47,942 bases of DNA from Candidatus Roizmanbacteria bacterium RIFCSPHIGHO2_02_FULL_40_13b (GCA_001789445.1 MFZQ01000029.1:1-47942); one strand, 5' to 3'. Counted from the first letter of the stretch, positions 23,591-33,200 are shown. Notes: a model not told the origin generated them from the letters alone. A program made the numbers and translations.

Positions 23591-25221
23591 TAAAAAGTAT
23601 CAAAGAATATATTAATTCAAATAAATATCTTTGTGTAGCGGCTGTTATTTTTCTTCTGGTTCGTGTTCTCTTTCTTGATCAACTTTTTTTACTCCATGAT
23701 GAACGTGATATTGTTTTTTCTGGATATTCGATTGCAAAAACGGCACAAGATTTATTTGGAAATTTTCTACCGATAAATTTTTCCGGAATAAGTCCCGATA
23801 ATCCACTTGTTTCAATTTATTATTCTGCCGCTTCATGGATTCTTCTTCCTATTAGATCAGTATTTTTCGCACGAATCCCGTTTGTCCTGATTTCGACACT
23901 ACTCATCTTTTTGGTATATGAAATTATTCTCCAAATCTCGCGCGACAAAAGACTCGCGCTTGTTTCGAGTCTCGTTTTTGTCTTTTCGCCGTGGGTTTTT
24001 CATGTTACACGTCTGGCACTTGACCTTCCACTTGCTGCAGTCACCCTTTTTTCTGGATTACTTTTATTTCTAAAAAATAAGAGATGGCTCGCATATTTCA
24101 TGTTCTTCCTCACCTTTTACAATTACCAAGGATTTAGGGTTTTGATTCCATTCTTAATTATTTATCTCGAAATAATCTGTCATACGATCCCATTGTCATT
24201 CCCGCGGAGGCGGGAATCCAGAATTATAGTAAGTCTTCTCTTCGTCCTCTTCCTTTTCCTCTCAATCACCTTCATCGACAAATCAGTCACAACCAAACGA
24301 TTCTCACAAGTTGCTTTTTTGGCCCCAGAACGTTTCACGCAAGAAGTGAATTTGCGCAGATCTTCCTCAAACGCTCCACTACGTATTCAAGCAATTTTTC
24401 ATAATAAAATTTCAGTTACAGCAGATTATGTAGTGGATAACTTTATCAAGGGTCAAGATATTTCTTACTTATTTAAAACTGGAGATTTTAGCCCAATAAA
24501 TGGAAACGCAGTTGGCGGACAATTCTTTTTCGGATTTCTTCTCTTCTATTATCTGGGAATAATGGCGCTCGGAAAGAGATTACAGAAAGAAGATTTTTAT
24601 ATCCTGGGGTTCATTATTCTTGGTCTGCTTCCGGCAATGGCATCGGTGAATAGTGCAACATATTCAATCAGAGGATTTTTATCAGCACTAGGATATGCAT
24701 ATTTACTGTCCCTCGGAATTCTTTTTGGAATTGATATTTTGAAACGATTTTCATCCAAGCAAAGAACTTTCATACTAGTAAGTCTTCTCTTAGTTTTCAT
24801 TATTAACTCGACCTATTTTATCTACAATTACTATGTAAGAAGACCAGTAACTGTCGGCGAGCTTTTCAATGAAAATGAACGCCGACTGGCCACATATCTC
24901 ATTGATAATCCAGATAAAACATATACGATCTATCACAATAATCCGAAAGAGATTTATCTTTCATACCTATTTTTAAATAACAATTTAGCAATTTCACAAT
25001 TTAACAATTTATCCAGCAATTTAACAATTTATCAATTTAACAATTTCACCTTCATAAAGTGTCCTCGATTAATTGATTACCGTACTCTTCACGGAGTAAT
25101 CGTTTCGGAAACATGTATGGATTTGAAGTCACATGATCAGTTAAACAATTCTGTGCTGATGATCAAAAAGATTCCATACAAAGATATTTCTCTCAAGACC
25201 GCATATTTTATTTTTGAATAA
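23587..25221 (+). CDS. GT-C-like polytopic membrane glycosyltransferase
   Basis: 544 aa. LHDERDIVFSGYSIAKT first-loop motif, polytopic. ATGA start/stop overlap with the upstream GT2. Confidence 0.7.
   Translation: MIKSIKEYINSNKYLCVAAVIFLLVRVLFLDQLFLLHDERDIVFSGYSIAKTAQDLFGNFLPINFSGISPDNPLVSIYYSAASWILLPIRSVFFARIPFVLISTLLIFLVYEIILQISRDKRLALVSSLVFVFSPWVFHVTRLALDLPLAAVTLFSGLLLFLKNKRWLAYFMFFLTFYNYQGFRVLIPFLIIYLEIICHTIPLSFPRRRESRIIVSLLFVLFLFLSITFIDKSVTTKRFSQVAFLAPERFTQEVNLRRSSSNAPLRIQAIFHNKISVTADYVVDNFIKGQDISYLFKTGDFSPINGNAVGGQFFFGFLLFYYLGIMALGKRLQKEDFYILGFIILGLLPAMASVNSATYSIRGFLSALGYAYLLSLGILFGIDILKRFSSKQRTFILVSLLLVFIINSTYFIYNYYVRRPVTVGELFNENERRLATYLIDNPDKTYTIYHNNPKEIYLSYLFLNNNLAISQFNNLSSNLTIYQFNNFTFIKCPRLIDYRTLHGVIVSETCMDLKSHDQLNNSVLMIKKIPYKDISLKTAYFIFE
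24195..24218. repeat. GC-rich hairpin mini-element in CDS
   Basis: GTCATTCCCGCGGAGGCGGGAATC, translated as SFPRRRES. It is the reverse complement of the 2281 and 41704 element with one loop change. Confidence 0.8.
24981..25048. repeat. tandem array of eight 8-nt units CAATTTNN (4 units, CCAG, 4 units) inside the CDS
   Basis: CAATTTAG CAATTTCA CAATTTAA CAATTTAT CCAG CAATTTAA CAATTTAT CAATTTAA CAATTTCA, translated as NNLAISQFNNLSSNLTIYQFNNF. Confidence 0.85.
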
Positions 25222-25300
25222 ACCTCATACGGCGGGTTTCCACTATGAAAAGAAGATATATGTATTCCACTATGGCTCGTGGAAGTATCTATTTCCCGAT

Positions 25301-25373
25301 GATACGCTTATTTCGAGTATCACTGGGATTACACGTACACTGAGGGCCCCTTTGATACGAGAAATAACGTATC
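25301..25373. terminator. long imperfect hairpin in a convergent intergenic region
   Basis: GATACGCTTATTTCGAGTATC (25301-25321) pairs with GATACGAGAAATAACGTATC (25354-25373). That gives about 18 bp with one bulge and a 2-nt mismatch, and a 32-nt loop. Confidence 0.35.
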
Positions 25374-25388
25374 GAGGGAAATGAAAGA

Positions 25389-27077
25389 TCAGTTCAATCT
25401 CGGATACTTTAGTAGTTTCTCCAGCACATGCTTCTTCTTTTCGATATAAAATGCAACAATGAATCCAAGAATTGCTGAAACTGAAATCAGATTTCCCAAA
25501 ACGTGTACTTTTGTGGCTGTAAACTTTACATAAATCTCATGTTTTCCGGCCGGAACGTTGTAGGTAATCACTCCTCTGAAATCTGGATCTTGAAACTGAA
25601 TCTCTGCCGGTTGCCCATCAACCCATACCTTCCATCCCGGAAAATAAAATGTGTAATCAGCCATTCGAACTGGACTCTCATTTTCCACCGTATACTTTCT
25701 CCATGAATTTGAAAGTTCTCGCTTTACAATCTTTCCTTTTCCTTCGACAATCGCTCCTTTTTCGGGGTGTCGCAGATAATCTTCTGTAACCCCGGTCCAT
25801 ACCGTGTTCATGTTCGTTGAATGGAGATTTATCGTGGTGAAAAGATATCTGCTCATACCGTGTTCTGTATTATTCTTACTGTAAAGTTGTGGAAAACGAG
25901 CTACTGCGAAAAAGATAATGAGACACACTGCAACAATCTGAAGTTTTTTTGCATCAAGTTTATCCAAAAGATACGCGACGATTATTGGGGCGATGAAAAT
26001 GAACAGTGAAAGCATTCGCCATGGAAATTGTATGTTGCTCAAAAGATTTATTTTTTGATAGAAGATTAATGAGTAATCGGTCGTGAAAAACAGCGTGATA
26101 ATTCCAACTATCACGGTAAGATCCAAAATATCTGGCTTCCATTTTTTTGCTTTAAGTACTTTTGCTACGATGTAAAAAAGTCCAAGAGCCACAATAATCA
26201 CTTCAAACACTCCTGGAGTTACGAAGTGTCCACGATTCAAAATATCTCGCTCTAAAAAGTAATACCAATGTGGATCAATGAAATTCATGAGATGAAGAGT
26301 TTGACCGGGAGTTAAGTGATTCCCAGCTCCATAATAAAAGTACTTAATCTCATATTGAAGGGGAAGTAAATAATATGCGGCCATGAGAAGTCCCCAGACC
26401 ATGAGGATCCCAGAAAGAAAAAATGGTCGAATTTTATCCTTTTCATCTTTTAGTAGAAAAAGGAAATACGGAACAGTTATAAATGAGGAGACAACAAGCA
26501 TCATGGGGTGACTAAGGGCCAGTCCTGTCATCGCAATTGCCAAGAATGGAATTGCCCATAGCTTCTTTTCCTTGATTAGATAGTAAAGCGCCATGAGAAC
26601 AAGAGGAAAAAATACTGACGCAAAAAATTCAGGAAGTGCTTCGCGAATGAAGAGATTTAAGATACGATAGGGCGCGACATTGTAGAGGAACACTCCTACG
26701 AACGAGGCAAGCGGAATAAAATAAATCCTCAAAAAACGGTAAAAAATTACATTTGAAAGGATTGCCGCAACGAGCGCGACTATTTTCCATGAAGTAATCG
26801 TATTATTGGTGATGAGTGTAATCCATGCGCCTAAGTAGGAAATAAGCTGATGTGCGACCAAGGGCACAGGCATTCCGTAATTTGCAAATCCATCGGCCCA
26901 TGCGGGTTTCCAGTCGCCTGCAAGCATTGCTTTGTAAAACTGGGTAATGGTGGTAATGTGAACTCGGCCATCCATGTGGGCACTGTGGCCTTGGTTGAAA
27001 AAGAGGTCGAAAACAAGAAGCGCAGAAATAAGAACGATCAATCCTATATACAACTTATCAATTTTTTCTTTAAACAT
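25389..27077 (-). CDS. large polytopic membrane protein, GT-C-like (paralog of 19555-21237)
   Basis: 562 aa, many TM segments, with a C-terminal soluble beta-rich domain plus a final TM. The N-terminal loop is similar to that of 19555. Confidence 0.7.
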   Translation of the reverse strand: MFKEKIDKLYIGLIVLISALLVFDLFFNQGHSAHMDGRVHITTITQFYKAMLAGDWKPAWADGFANYGMPVPLVAHQLISYLGAWITLITNNTITSWKIVALVAAILSNVIFYRFLRIYFIPLASFVGVFLYNVAPYRILNLFIREALPEFFASVFFPLVLMALYYLIKEKKLWAIPFLAIAMTGLALSHPMMLVVSSFITVPYFLFLLKDEKDKIRPFFLSGILMVWGLLMAAYYLLPLQYEIKYFYYGAGNHLTPGQTLHLMNFIDPHWYYFLERDILNRGHFVTPGVFEVIIVALGLFYIVAKVLKAKKWKPDILDLTVIVGIITLFFTTDYSLIFYQKINLLSNIQFPWRMLSLFIFIAPIIVAYLLDKLDAKKLQIVAVCLIIFFAVARFPQLYSKNNTEHGMSRYLFTTINLHSTNMNTVWTGVTEDYLRHPEKGAIVEGKGKIVKRELSNSWRKYTVENESPVRMADYTFYFPGWKVWVDGQPAEIQFQDPDFRGVITYNVPAGKHEIYVKFTATKVHVLGNLISVSAILGFIVAFYIEKKKHVLEKLLKYPRLN

Positions 27078-27094
27078 TTAATTTATATTATTAA

Positions 27095-28375
27095 TTATTC
27101 ACCTTTTTCCTTCATCGCTAAAATCTTCTCATTTAGAAATTGTCTGCCTTTTACGACTCCATGTTCAAGAATATATCTATCTAACTCTACCAAAAAACCT
27201 TGTCCAAAGGTATCAGTAATTGCACGCTGAAGTGTATGCCAATGAGGAACGCGCTTTCCCAGTGGTGCTGAAGAATTATAGTCCTCAAGATAGGCATTAT
27301 AAAATAATAAATATGGGTTTTGATCTGGATTACGATCTCTCATTGCTAATGCCAAATCACCTAAGATTTTCCTTTCGTTTATATAAGACAGTGGAAATCC
27401 ACTAAAAAACAAGCTAGTAAGTTCATCTGTTACCGCTTCATTCAACCAATGAAATCGCGGCATTCTTTCTTTTTCTGCATGATTCTTAGTTCGATAAAGC
27501 TCGTCCGGATGATCAAAGCGCAACCCTACACGTTGTAAATCAATATCATGGATTACTTCTTCATTATATTCATTTTCTGCAACATGACCTAATGATGTTA
27601 TTCCAGATAACCCATGAAGCAATTCGTGAGTAAATGCAAAAGTGTAAGGAACGGATTCTTCGGGGGTTATAAACAAAAAGATTGTATTAGTTGATGGATG
27701 ATATCTCCCTCCAACATCGCTCAGGGGTCCCGGAATAATGGTCATTGGATCGGCGGGAACTATGTTGAGACGACCTCTTTCCTTATTAAATCTACTTCCA
27801 ATAATTGGGAGTAATTCTTTGAAAGCAGCTACTGAAAGCGGATCAATATTAAATATTTTAATAGAATCTGGATCTATACTATTTTCGTTGTCAATTACAA
27901 AATTATCAAATCTTTTAATAAAATCAGGGATTCGCTTGTTAAAGTCGATCATGACTTGCTCTATACTTGCAACATGTTTCTCAATGAGAGCGATTAAATC
28001 GTCATCAGCCATTTTTTCTTGAGAAAAACTTTCTGCCGAAACTTCAGCATCCTGATCAACTCCTAAAAATTTTCTAAGCATTGAAATTCTTACTGGAGAA
28101 GTACTAAGTCTTGATAAATGTCTCCTTGCATCAGTCAATTCTCTTTCTCTTCTTGCAATTTCATATTTTTTTGAGGAGGAAGATTCCGACAATTTACCTA
28201 ATGGCTGTCCACCTATTGGATCGAGACCAAAAATGCGCATGTTTTCAAATCCTAATTCTTCGTTATCATCTGAGTCTGGTGCAAGAAACTCTCGAGTATC
28301 AGTACGAGGAATGTGTTTATATCTTATTTTCGAATTTTGATCTCCTTGATTTTCATCCATACTATTTATTACCAT
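27095..28375 (-). CDS. soluble putative zinc metallopeptidase (HEXXH ... WLNEA), otherwise unknown
   Basis: 426 aa with no TM segment. HELLH is encoded at 27614-27628 and WLNEA at 27434-27448, reminiscent of the gluzincin HEXXH...WLNEG arrangement. Confidence 0.55.
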   Translation of the reverse strand: MVINSMDENQGDQNSKIRYKHIPRTDTREFLAPDSDDNEELGFENMRIFGLDPIGGQPLGKLSESSSSKKYEIARRERELTDARRHLSRLSTSPVRISMLRKFLGVDQDAEVSAESFSQEKMADDDLIALIEKHVASIEQVMIDFNKRIPDFIKRFDNFVIDNENSIDPDSIKIFNIDPLSVAAFKELLPIIGSRFNKERGRLNIVPADPMTIIPGPLSDVGGRYHPSTNTIFLFITPEESVPYTFAFTHELLHGLSGITSLGHVAENEYNEEVIHDIDLQRVGLRFDHPDELYRTKNHAEKERMPRFHWLNEAVTDELTSLFFSGFPLSYINERKILGDLALAMRDRNPDQNPYLLFYNAYLEDYNSSAPLGKRVPHWHTLQRAITDTFGQGFLVELDRYILEHGVVKGRQFLNEKILAMKEKGE

Positions 28376-28457
28376 TGAACCAGATAGAATTCAAAAATAA
28401 GTATTTTCACAAAATAACTGCTTTTATTCTCTTTTGAACAATTATATACTACAAACA

Positions 28458-29054
28458 ATGAAACAATTTAACAATGTAACAATTAAGTATCCATTGATTC
28501 TTGGTGCAGTTATTTTACTCTTATTTATCTTCCTTCAGCCCAAACTCTCGGTCCAGCTTTTTCCTTTTAAACGACAAATGATCTGGAATGAGTTTGCAAC
28601 GAGCGTTAAAACAGCTGGTCAAATCGACGGACGCACATTTTGGCAATTTAGAGAGTTTTATTATCCAGGATATTTTACATTTGATCGACTCGGTCTCAGT
28701 AAGCAAAAGGTATCTGTGGCGGAAGTAAAGCTTAATGTTGAGCTTTTGCCTGAAGCAAGTGCAAGTGCATTCTTAATCTACAAATCAGATAAAGTTAACA
28801 GCCTTGAAGCACTGGTAAATACGGATGATCTTTCCGCTACAATTTCAGATAAAGATTTCACAAATGAAAATGTACTTCTTCAAAATACATCGAATCTTAT
28901 CTACCTCTCTTCTAAAAAAGCTCGAATTTCCTTTATTAAGCCAATTGACGAAATGGTAACAGCAAACGGGTATTACGATTACAAAAATCCACAGGATAAA
29001 GCCCTAATTGACGGCAAGTATTGGCTTAGTGTGACAGAAGTCGAGCTTGATTAG
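28458..29054 (+). CDS. hypothetical membrane-anchored protein
   Basis: The ORF-track start at 28434 is TTG; the first ATG is at 28458 (MKQFNNVTIKYPLILGAVILLLFIF). A single N-terminal TM. The N-terminus is encoded by a CAATTT-type repeat. Confidence 0.5.
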   Translation: MKQFNNVTIKYPLILGAVILLLFIFLQPKLSVQLFPFKRQMIWNEFATSVKTAGQIDGRTFWQFREFYYPGYFTFDRLGLSKQKVSVAEVKLNVELLPEASASAFLIYKSDKVNSLEALVNTDDLSATISDKDFTNENVLLQNTSNLIYLSSKKARISFIKPIDEMVTANGYYDYKNPQDKALIDGKYWLSVTEVELD

Positions 29055-30741
29055 CTTTATAAAGTCTCACTTCATTATTCTCATAAATTATTTTCAAATT
29101 TCCTTTACACTTTTCAAGTTTGTTACCAATTGGTCTGGAATATAACTCATATAAGTAATCTACGTCCAAAATGGTATCACAATTCCAATCTAAACTCTTC
29201 TTGGCCCGAGCCTCATAATCTACTCCCGTAAGCTGTAGCTGTACTTCATCGCCGATGTAGAGTTGTTTTCCCGAAAAAGCAGTAATATATGCGTTGTCGG
29301 CCATTGCCGACAGGGGAACTGGTGTAGCTTGCTGTTTGTTGCTTTCATTTGGAAGTGGAGTGAATACTACTCCAGCTGGCTGCTTTTTGAGAAATCTTAG
29401 AGCATAGAGTTCATCATCTGAGACAAATGAGTGGGCAGGGAACTGGGCAAAAGTTCGTAAAATATCAAGTGATGATGGAAGGCTCATAAGTATCACAATG
29501 GCAACAATCACAATTCCTGCTTTCTTAAACTTTTTCATGATCTCGTAAAGTGTAAGTGCAGTAAAAATATTCATCAAGAAAAATGCGTGATAGCTAAATT
29601 GCACTGTATTCCACCATTGGCCTTTTTGGATGAAGAAAATATTGAGAAACATAGCGAAAATAATCGTAGTAGTTAGTAGTTGGTAGTTAGTAGTTAGGGT
29701 TCTTTTGAATACATGTTTACCAATATACAAGATTCCGATAATTCTCGTGCCGAAGTTGAGAAGTATGAAGATGAAAAGAGTTTGTATCTCAATCCAAACC
29801 AACCGTGGACTAAATTTAGGGGATGCTTCCAGAAAGTAGCGAGCGTTTACCATATCTTTCAGATAAAAAAGATTAGGGTCTTCGATAATTTGATGAACCG
29901 TTGCAAATGGTTTAAATGTCATAATTGCTCCACCGGTTGTTGGGGCAAATGGATTATAAAAAAGGAGAACTGCCCCAATAGAAAATATGGAAAGTAAGCT
30001 CAACTGTTTTGTAAATAATACGATATCTCTTTTTTGTAGCAATAAAAACAAAAAGTAAAGACTAACGAGAAAAATACTAATTACTCCTCCATAAAATTTG
30101 AGTGCAATGTTTAGACCAACAAGTAAGGCTAAAAGTGTGCTTGATCGTACATCGGTCCTTTTTTCCTTAATAATAATAAGAATTCCAAGTAAAACGCAGA
30201 GTGAGAATGCAAACTGGACGTTTGTTAAAGAAAGTAATGATTGCATCGCAAGTAATTCTCCAGATCCCCAGATTGTACGATTTTTTATCAAGGTTATGAT
30301 GTATGAGAATGAGCCTGAAAAATACATGAAAAAGAGAAGTAATCCAACAAATAGAGGAGAATCATGAAGTTTTCGGGCAAACTTTACTAGCAATCCAGTA
30401 AATAAGATAAACCAAATGATAGGCAAGATCTTAAAGTAGGTTATGATCGATGGAATACCGACTTTTGTAAGTAAAAAAATGATGATATCGAGAAAAAAAT
30501 TGTATCCAGAAAGCTGGGCTCCCGCAAATGTAGGGGCGATGAATGGAAAGGATTTGAATGCGGTGGAGACAATTGCCAGGTGCCAAATTGCATCGTGTCC
30601 ATGTGCTCCCCAAAAAAATAATCCACAAGGGCCTTTAGTACAATAATGGCTTCCACTCGGAAATATTGTAATCATGTATGCGACAAATGCGACCAAGATG
30701 AGAATCAAAAGCATCGTGTGCTTTTTGATATAATCGATCAT
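29026..30741 (-). CDS. polytopic membrane protein (GT-C-like or O-antigen-polymerase-like; uncertain)
   Basis: The ORF-track start at 30822 is TTG; the first in-frame ATG is at 30741 (MIDYIKKHTMLLILILVAF). It has more than 12 TM segments and an early loop WGAHGHDAIWHLA. Confidence 0.6.
   Translation of the reverse strand: MIDYIKKHTMLLILILVAFVAYMITIFPSGSHYCTKGPCGLFFWGAHGHDAIWHLAIVSTAFKSFPFIAPTFAGAQLSGYNFFLDIIIFLLTKVGIPSIITYFKILPIIWFILFTGLLVKFARKLHDSPLFVGLLLFFMYFSGSFSYIITLIKNRTIWGSGELLAMQSLLSLTNVQFAFSLCVLLGILIIIKEKRTDVRSSTLLALLVGLNIALKFYGGVISIFLVSLYFLFLLLQKRDIVLFTKQLSLLSIFSIGAVLLFYNPFAPTTGGAIMTFKPFATVHQIIEDPNLFYLKDMVNARYFLEASPKFSPRLVWIEIQTLFIFILLNFGTRIIGILYIGKHVFKRTLTTNYQLLTTTIIFAMFLNIFFIQKGQWWNTVQFSYHAFFLMNIFTALTLYEIMKKFKKAGIVIVAIVILMSLPSSLDILRTFAQFPAHSFVSDDELYALRFLKKQPAGVVFTPLPNESNKQQATPVPLSAMADNAYITAFSGKQLYIGDEVQLQLTGVDYEARAKKSLDWNCDTILDVDYLYELYSRPIGNKLEKCKGNLKIIYENNEVRLYKANQARLLSH
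29666..29699. repeat. (AGTAGTT)x4 heptamer array inside the CDS
   Basis: AGTAGTT AGTAGTT GGTAGTT AGTAGTT AGGG matches the left arm at 4810-4841. On the minus strand it is translated as LTTNYQLLTTT. Confidence 0.75.
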
Positions 30742-31593
30742 ATGAAGGATTTGGCAATCATAACGGTTATTTATAAGAATTATACGGTACTTGATGGGTA
30801 TCTGGAAAGCATTGATAAACAAAAAGATACGAACTTCAAACTTTTCATCGTTGATCTAACAGAGGAACCACAAGATCTCGAACAAGTATTAAGCCGTCAT
30901 CCCGAACTCGTTTCGGGATCTCCAGTACTTCTTCATTCTCAAAATAAAGGTTATGCGCACGGCATAAACGTTGGACTTATTCAGGCGCAAAAAGAAGGAT
31001 ATGAACGTTTTTGCGTTATGAATACTGATACGTTTTTCGAGTCAAACTTTGTCTCCTCAATACAAGATTTTATCAATGAGCATCCAGGAGCAATTGGAGG
31101 AGGAAAAATATATTATGCGTCTGGATATGAATACCATAAAGGTCGGTACGAAAAAGATCAACTTGGAAAAGTTATTTGGTTCGCAGGTGGAGAAATTGAC
31201 TGGAAAAATGTGTTTACAAAACATGTAGGCGTTGATGAGATCGACAATGGTCAATTCGATTCTGAAAAAGCGGTAGACTTTTTGACTGGCTGTTGTATGT
31301 TTTTTGACAAATCCGTTTTTGAAAAAGTGGGAATGTTTGACGAGTCATACTTTCTCTATTATGAAGATGCTGATTGGTGTGTGCGAGCAACAAAAGGTGG
31401 AGTTAAACTTATTTACGACCCAAAAGTTGTCTTGTGGCACAAAAATGCACAGTCAACTGATGGCGCAGGCTCCTCTATACATATAAAATATCAAGAAAAA
31501 AATCGGGTCAAATTTGGATTAAAGTATGCACCGCTACGAGCAAAACTGCATTTATTGAAGAATCTTTTTACATCTCCCCATCAGGAACGATAA
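30742..31593 (+). CDS. GT2-family glycosyltransferase (WbbL/rhamnosyltransferase-like)
   Basis: I prefer the start at ATG 30742, with TGATATAAT 7 nt upstream. Motifs: AIITVIYKNY, NKGYAHGINVG, NTDTFF, GCCMFFDKSVFEKVGMFDESYFLYYEDADWC. Confidence 0.85.
   Translation: MKDLAIITVIYKNYTVLDGYLESIDKQKDTNFKLFIVDLTEEPQDLEQVLSRHPELVSGSPVLLHSQNKGYAHGINVGLIQAQKEGYERFCVMNTDTFFESNFVSSIQDFINEHPGAIGGGKIYYASGYEYHKGRYEKDQLGKVIWFAGGEIDWKNVFTKHVGVDEIDNGQFDSEKAVDFLTGCCMFFDKSVFEKVGMFDESYFLYYEDADWCVRATKGGVKLIYDPKVVLWHKNAQSTDGAGSSIHIKYQEKNRVKFGLKYAPLRAKLHLLKNLFTSPHQER
30896..30920. repeat. hairpin mini-element in CDS (GTC-ATCCCGAA-CTCGT-TTCGGGAT-C)
   Basis: 8-bp stem, translated as RHPELVSGS. It is flanked by the imperfect direct repeats CAAGTATT and CCAGTACT, 39 nt apart. 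It is related to 36457-36481 by a compensatory stem change. Confidence 0.8.
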
Positions 31594-32071
31594 TAACGGT
31601 TCCTGGAGTCAGGTCGATTGTTCCCGATTCGTTAGTTATATTAAACGGATAATTTGAAATACTTGCAGGGTCAACCTTGTATTTTTGAGCAATCGAACTG
31701 ATACTATCACCCTGGATTGTCGTATGCATAACACCTGTTACCGGTAAGATTTTGATTGTTGACCCAACAGACAATGTATTGTCTGTCATATTATTTGCCC
31801 ATCGAATTGTGTTTTGAGATATATCAAATTTATTTGCTAAAGATTCAACTGTATCACTATCCTGAACCTGATACTCAATGATAGTAGTTCGAGGTGTGCG
31901 TTGTTGAACGGAAGCTGTAGGAATGTTTTGATTATCTGATTTATTTACTGGAACTGTTGATTTGCTAACATAGTAAACAAAAGCTACAAAGAATAAACCG
32001 ATAAATAAGAGTGGAAATTCTGATCCAACGCCCGGTTCATGAGGAACTGATTTTAAAGGCGTTTTTACCAT
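31568..32071 (-). CDS. membrane-anchored protein with two LysM domains
   Basis: 167 aa. N-terminal TM (LLFIGLFFVAFVYYV). LysM repeats YQVQDSDTVESLANKFDISQNTIRWANN...GSTIKILP and HTTIQGDSISSIAQKYKVDPASISNYP...GTVIIVP. Confidence 0.85.
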   Translation of the reverse strand: MVKTPLKSVPHEPGVGSEFPLLFIGLFFVAFVYYVSKSTVPVNKSDNQNIPTASVQQRTPRTTIIEYQVQDSDTVESLANKFDISQNTIRWANNMTDNTLSVGSTIKILPVTGVMHTTIQGDSISSIAQKYKVDPASISNYPFNITNESGTIDLTPGTVIIVPDGEM

Positions 32072-32091
32072 AAATAAAATAATATACCCTT

Positions 32092-33198
32092 TTAAGTCTT
32101 TTTGACAATCCTTTTAACTCCGGGGGTTCTTAAAGCAAGTATATATAAAATATTAAGAATAAAAAAGACAAGAATTATTTGGTGTTTCATTATAATTGTT
32201 TCTTTTGTCCAATCTCCGAAGCGAACAAATGGGTAATACGAAAGTATCAATCCAGTGAAAAATATAGAAAATTTATATAAATAGCTTGAGAAAAAGGGGA
32301 GGAAGATAAATAAGTTTAGAAAGTACCAGGGCTGAATTTCGCTTGTAATTGATAGGTAAATAATAAGTCCGAGAGTTAAGGAAAAAGAAACCAATGCTGC
32401 CTGTGATTGATTTATTCGTTTGTATACATTTAGAATAAATAAAATAAGTAATGGAGCTGTCATGTATTTTATTCCAGAAGAAATGAGAAGTGCTACACTC
32501 GATTTCTTCAATGATTTATTTAGCAAATAATAAATTCCAATTATTCCAAAAGAAACTGCGATGATATCGTTATGTGAGTTTATAAGTCCTTCTATAATTA
32601 TGAGTGGTTGTGTTGCAAAAAATAAGGCCATCTTCTTATCAATCTTATTAAGATAGTAAACACTCAAGAAATAGAATCCCGCAAACATTACTTTAAAAAA
32701 TAAGACGTTCAAAAAGAACTTTCCAAAAGCGAGAAATGAGGGGACTACCGTTATTGGTAAAAATGTGGGGCCATATGGGTAGGTACGAATGGTCCAATGC
32801 ATGAATCGCAACCACGAATCAGTTGGAAAATCGAGCGCTTTATGTAAATATGGATTTTGATGATAAAAAGTGAGTATTTTTGCATCAAAAAGGTAATTAA
32901 AAAAGTCATGTGATAAAAATGGATAACTAATGATCGAAAGTATTCCGGCAAGCAGTGCAAATTTTATCGCGCTAAATTTCTTGTGATTATTTAGTAAATA
33001 ATAGTTGCATCCAAATAAAATAATAATAAGGACAACGAAAAGGATTGATGAATTTAACCTGTCATAATAACCAAAATGAACCATTTGATTACGAAAGTTA
33101 GTCCATAAATCATTCGAGAAGAGTGTGAGGTTTGGATCAACAAGCGCGTATGAATAAATTGCAAAAGTTACTAAGCTTGTAATAAAGAGTAGTATCAT
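32092..33198 (-). CDS. GT-C-like membrane glycosyltransferase (DUF2029/GT87-like)
   Basis: 368 aa, polytopic. LSHDFFNYLFDAKILTFYHQNPY ... YPYGPTF resembles the DUF2029/MptB-type loop. Confidence 0.6.
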   Translation of the reverse strand: MILLFITSLVTFAIYSYALVDPNLTLFSNDLWTNFRNQMVHFGYYDRLNSSILFVVLIIILFGCNYYLLNNHKKFSAIKFALLAGILSIISYPFLSHDFFNYLFDAKILTFYHQNPYLHKALDFPTDSWLRFMHWTIRTYPYGPTFLPITVVPSFLAFGKFFLNVLFFKVMFAGFYFLSVYYLNKIDKKMALFFATQPLIIIEGLINSHNDIIAVSFGIIGIYYLLNKSLKKSSVALLISSGIKYMTAPLLILFILNVYKRINQSQAALVSFSLTLGLIIYLSITSEIQPWYFLNLFIFLPFFSSYLYKFSIFFTGLILSYYPFVRFGDWTKETIIMKHQIILVFFILNILYILALRTPGVKRIVKKT

Positions 33199-33200
33199 AT

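Noticed and set aside
24981-25048. Possible CRISPR array (regular short repeats)
   Set aside because: The units are 8 nt and directly abutting, with no spacers, and they lie inside an intact ORF. No cas genes are in the window. It is a microsatellite-like tandem repeat.
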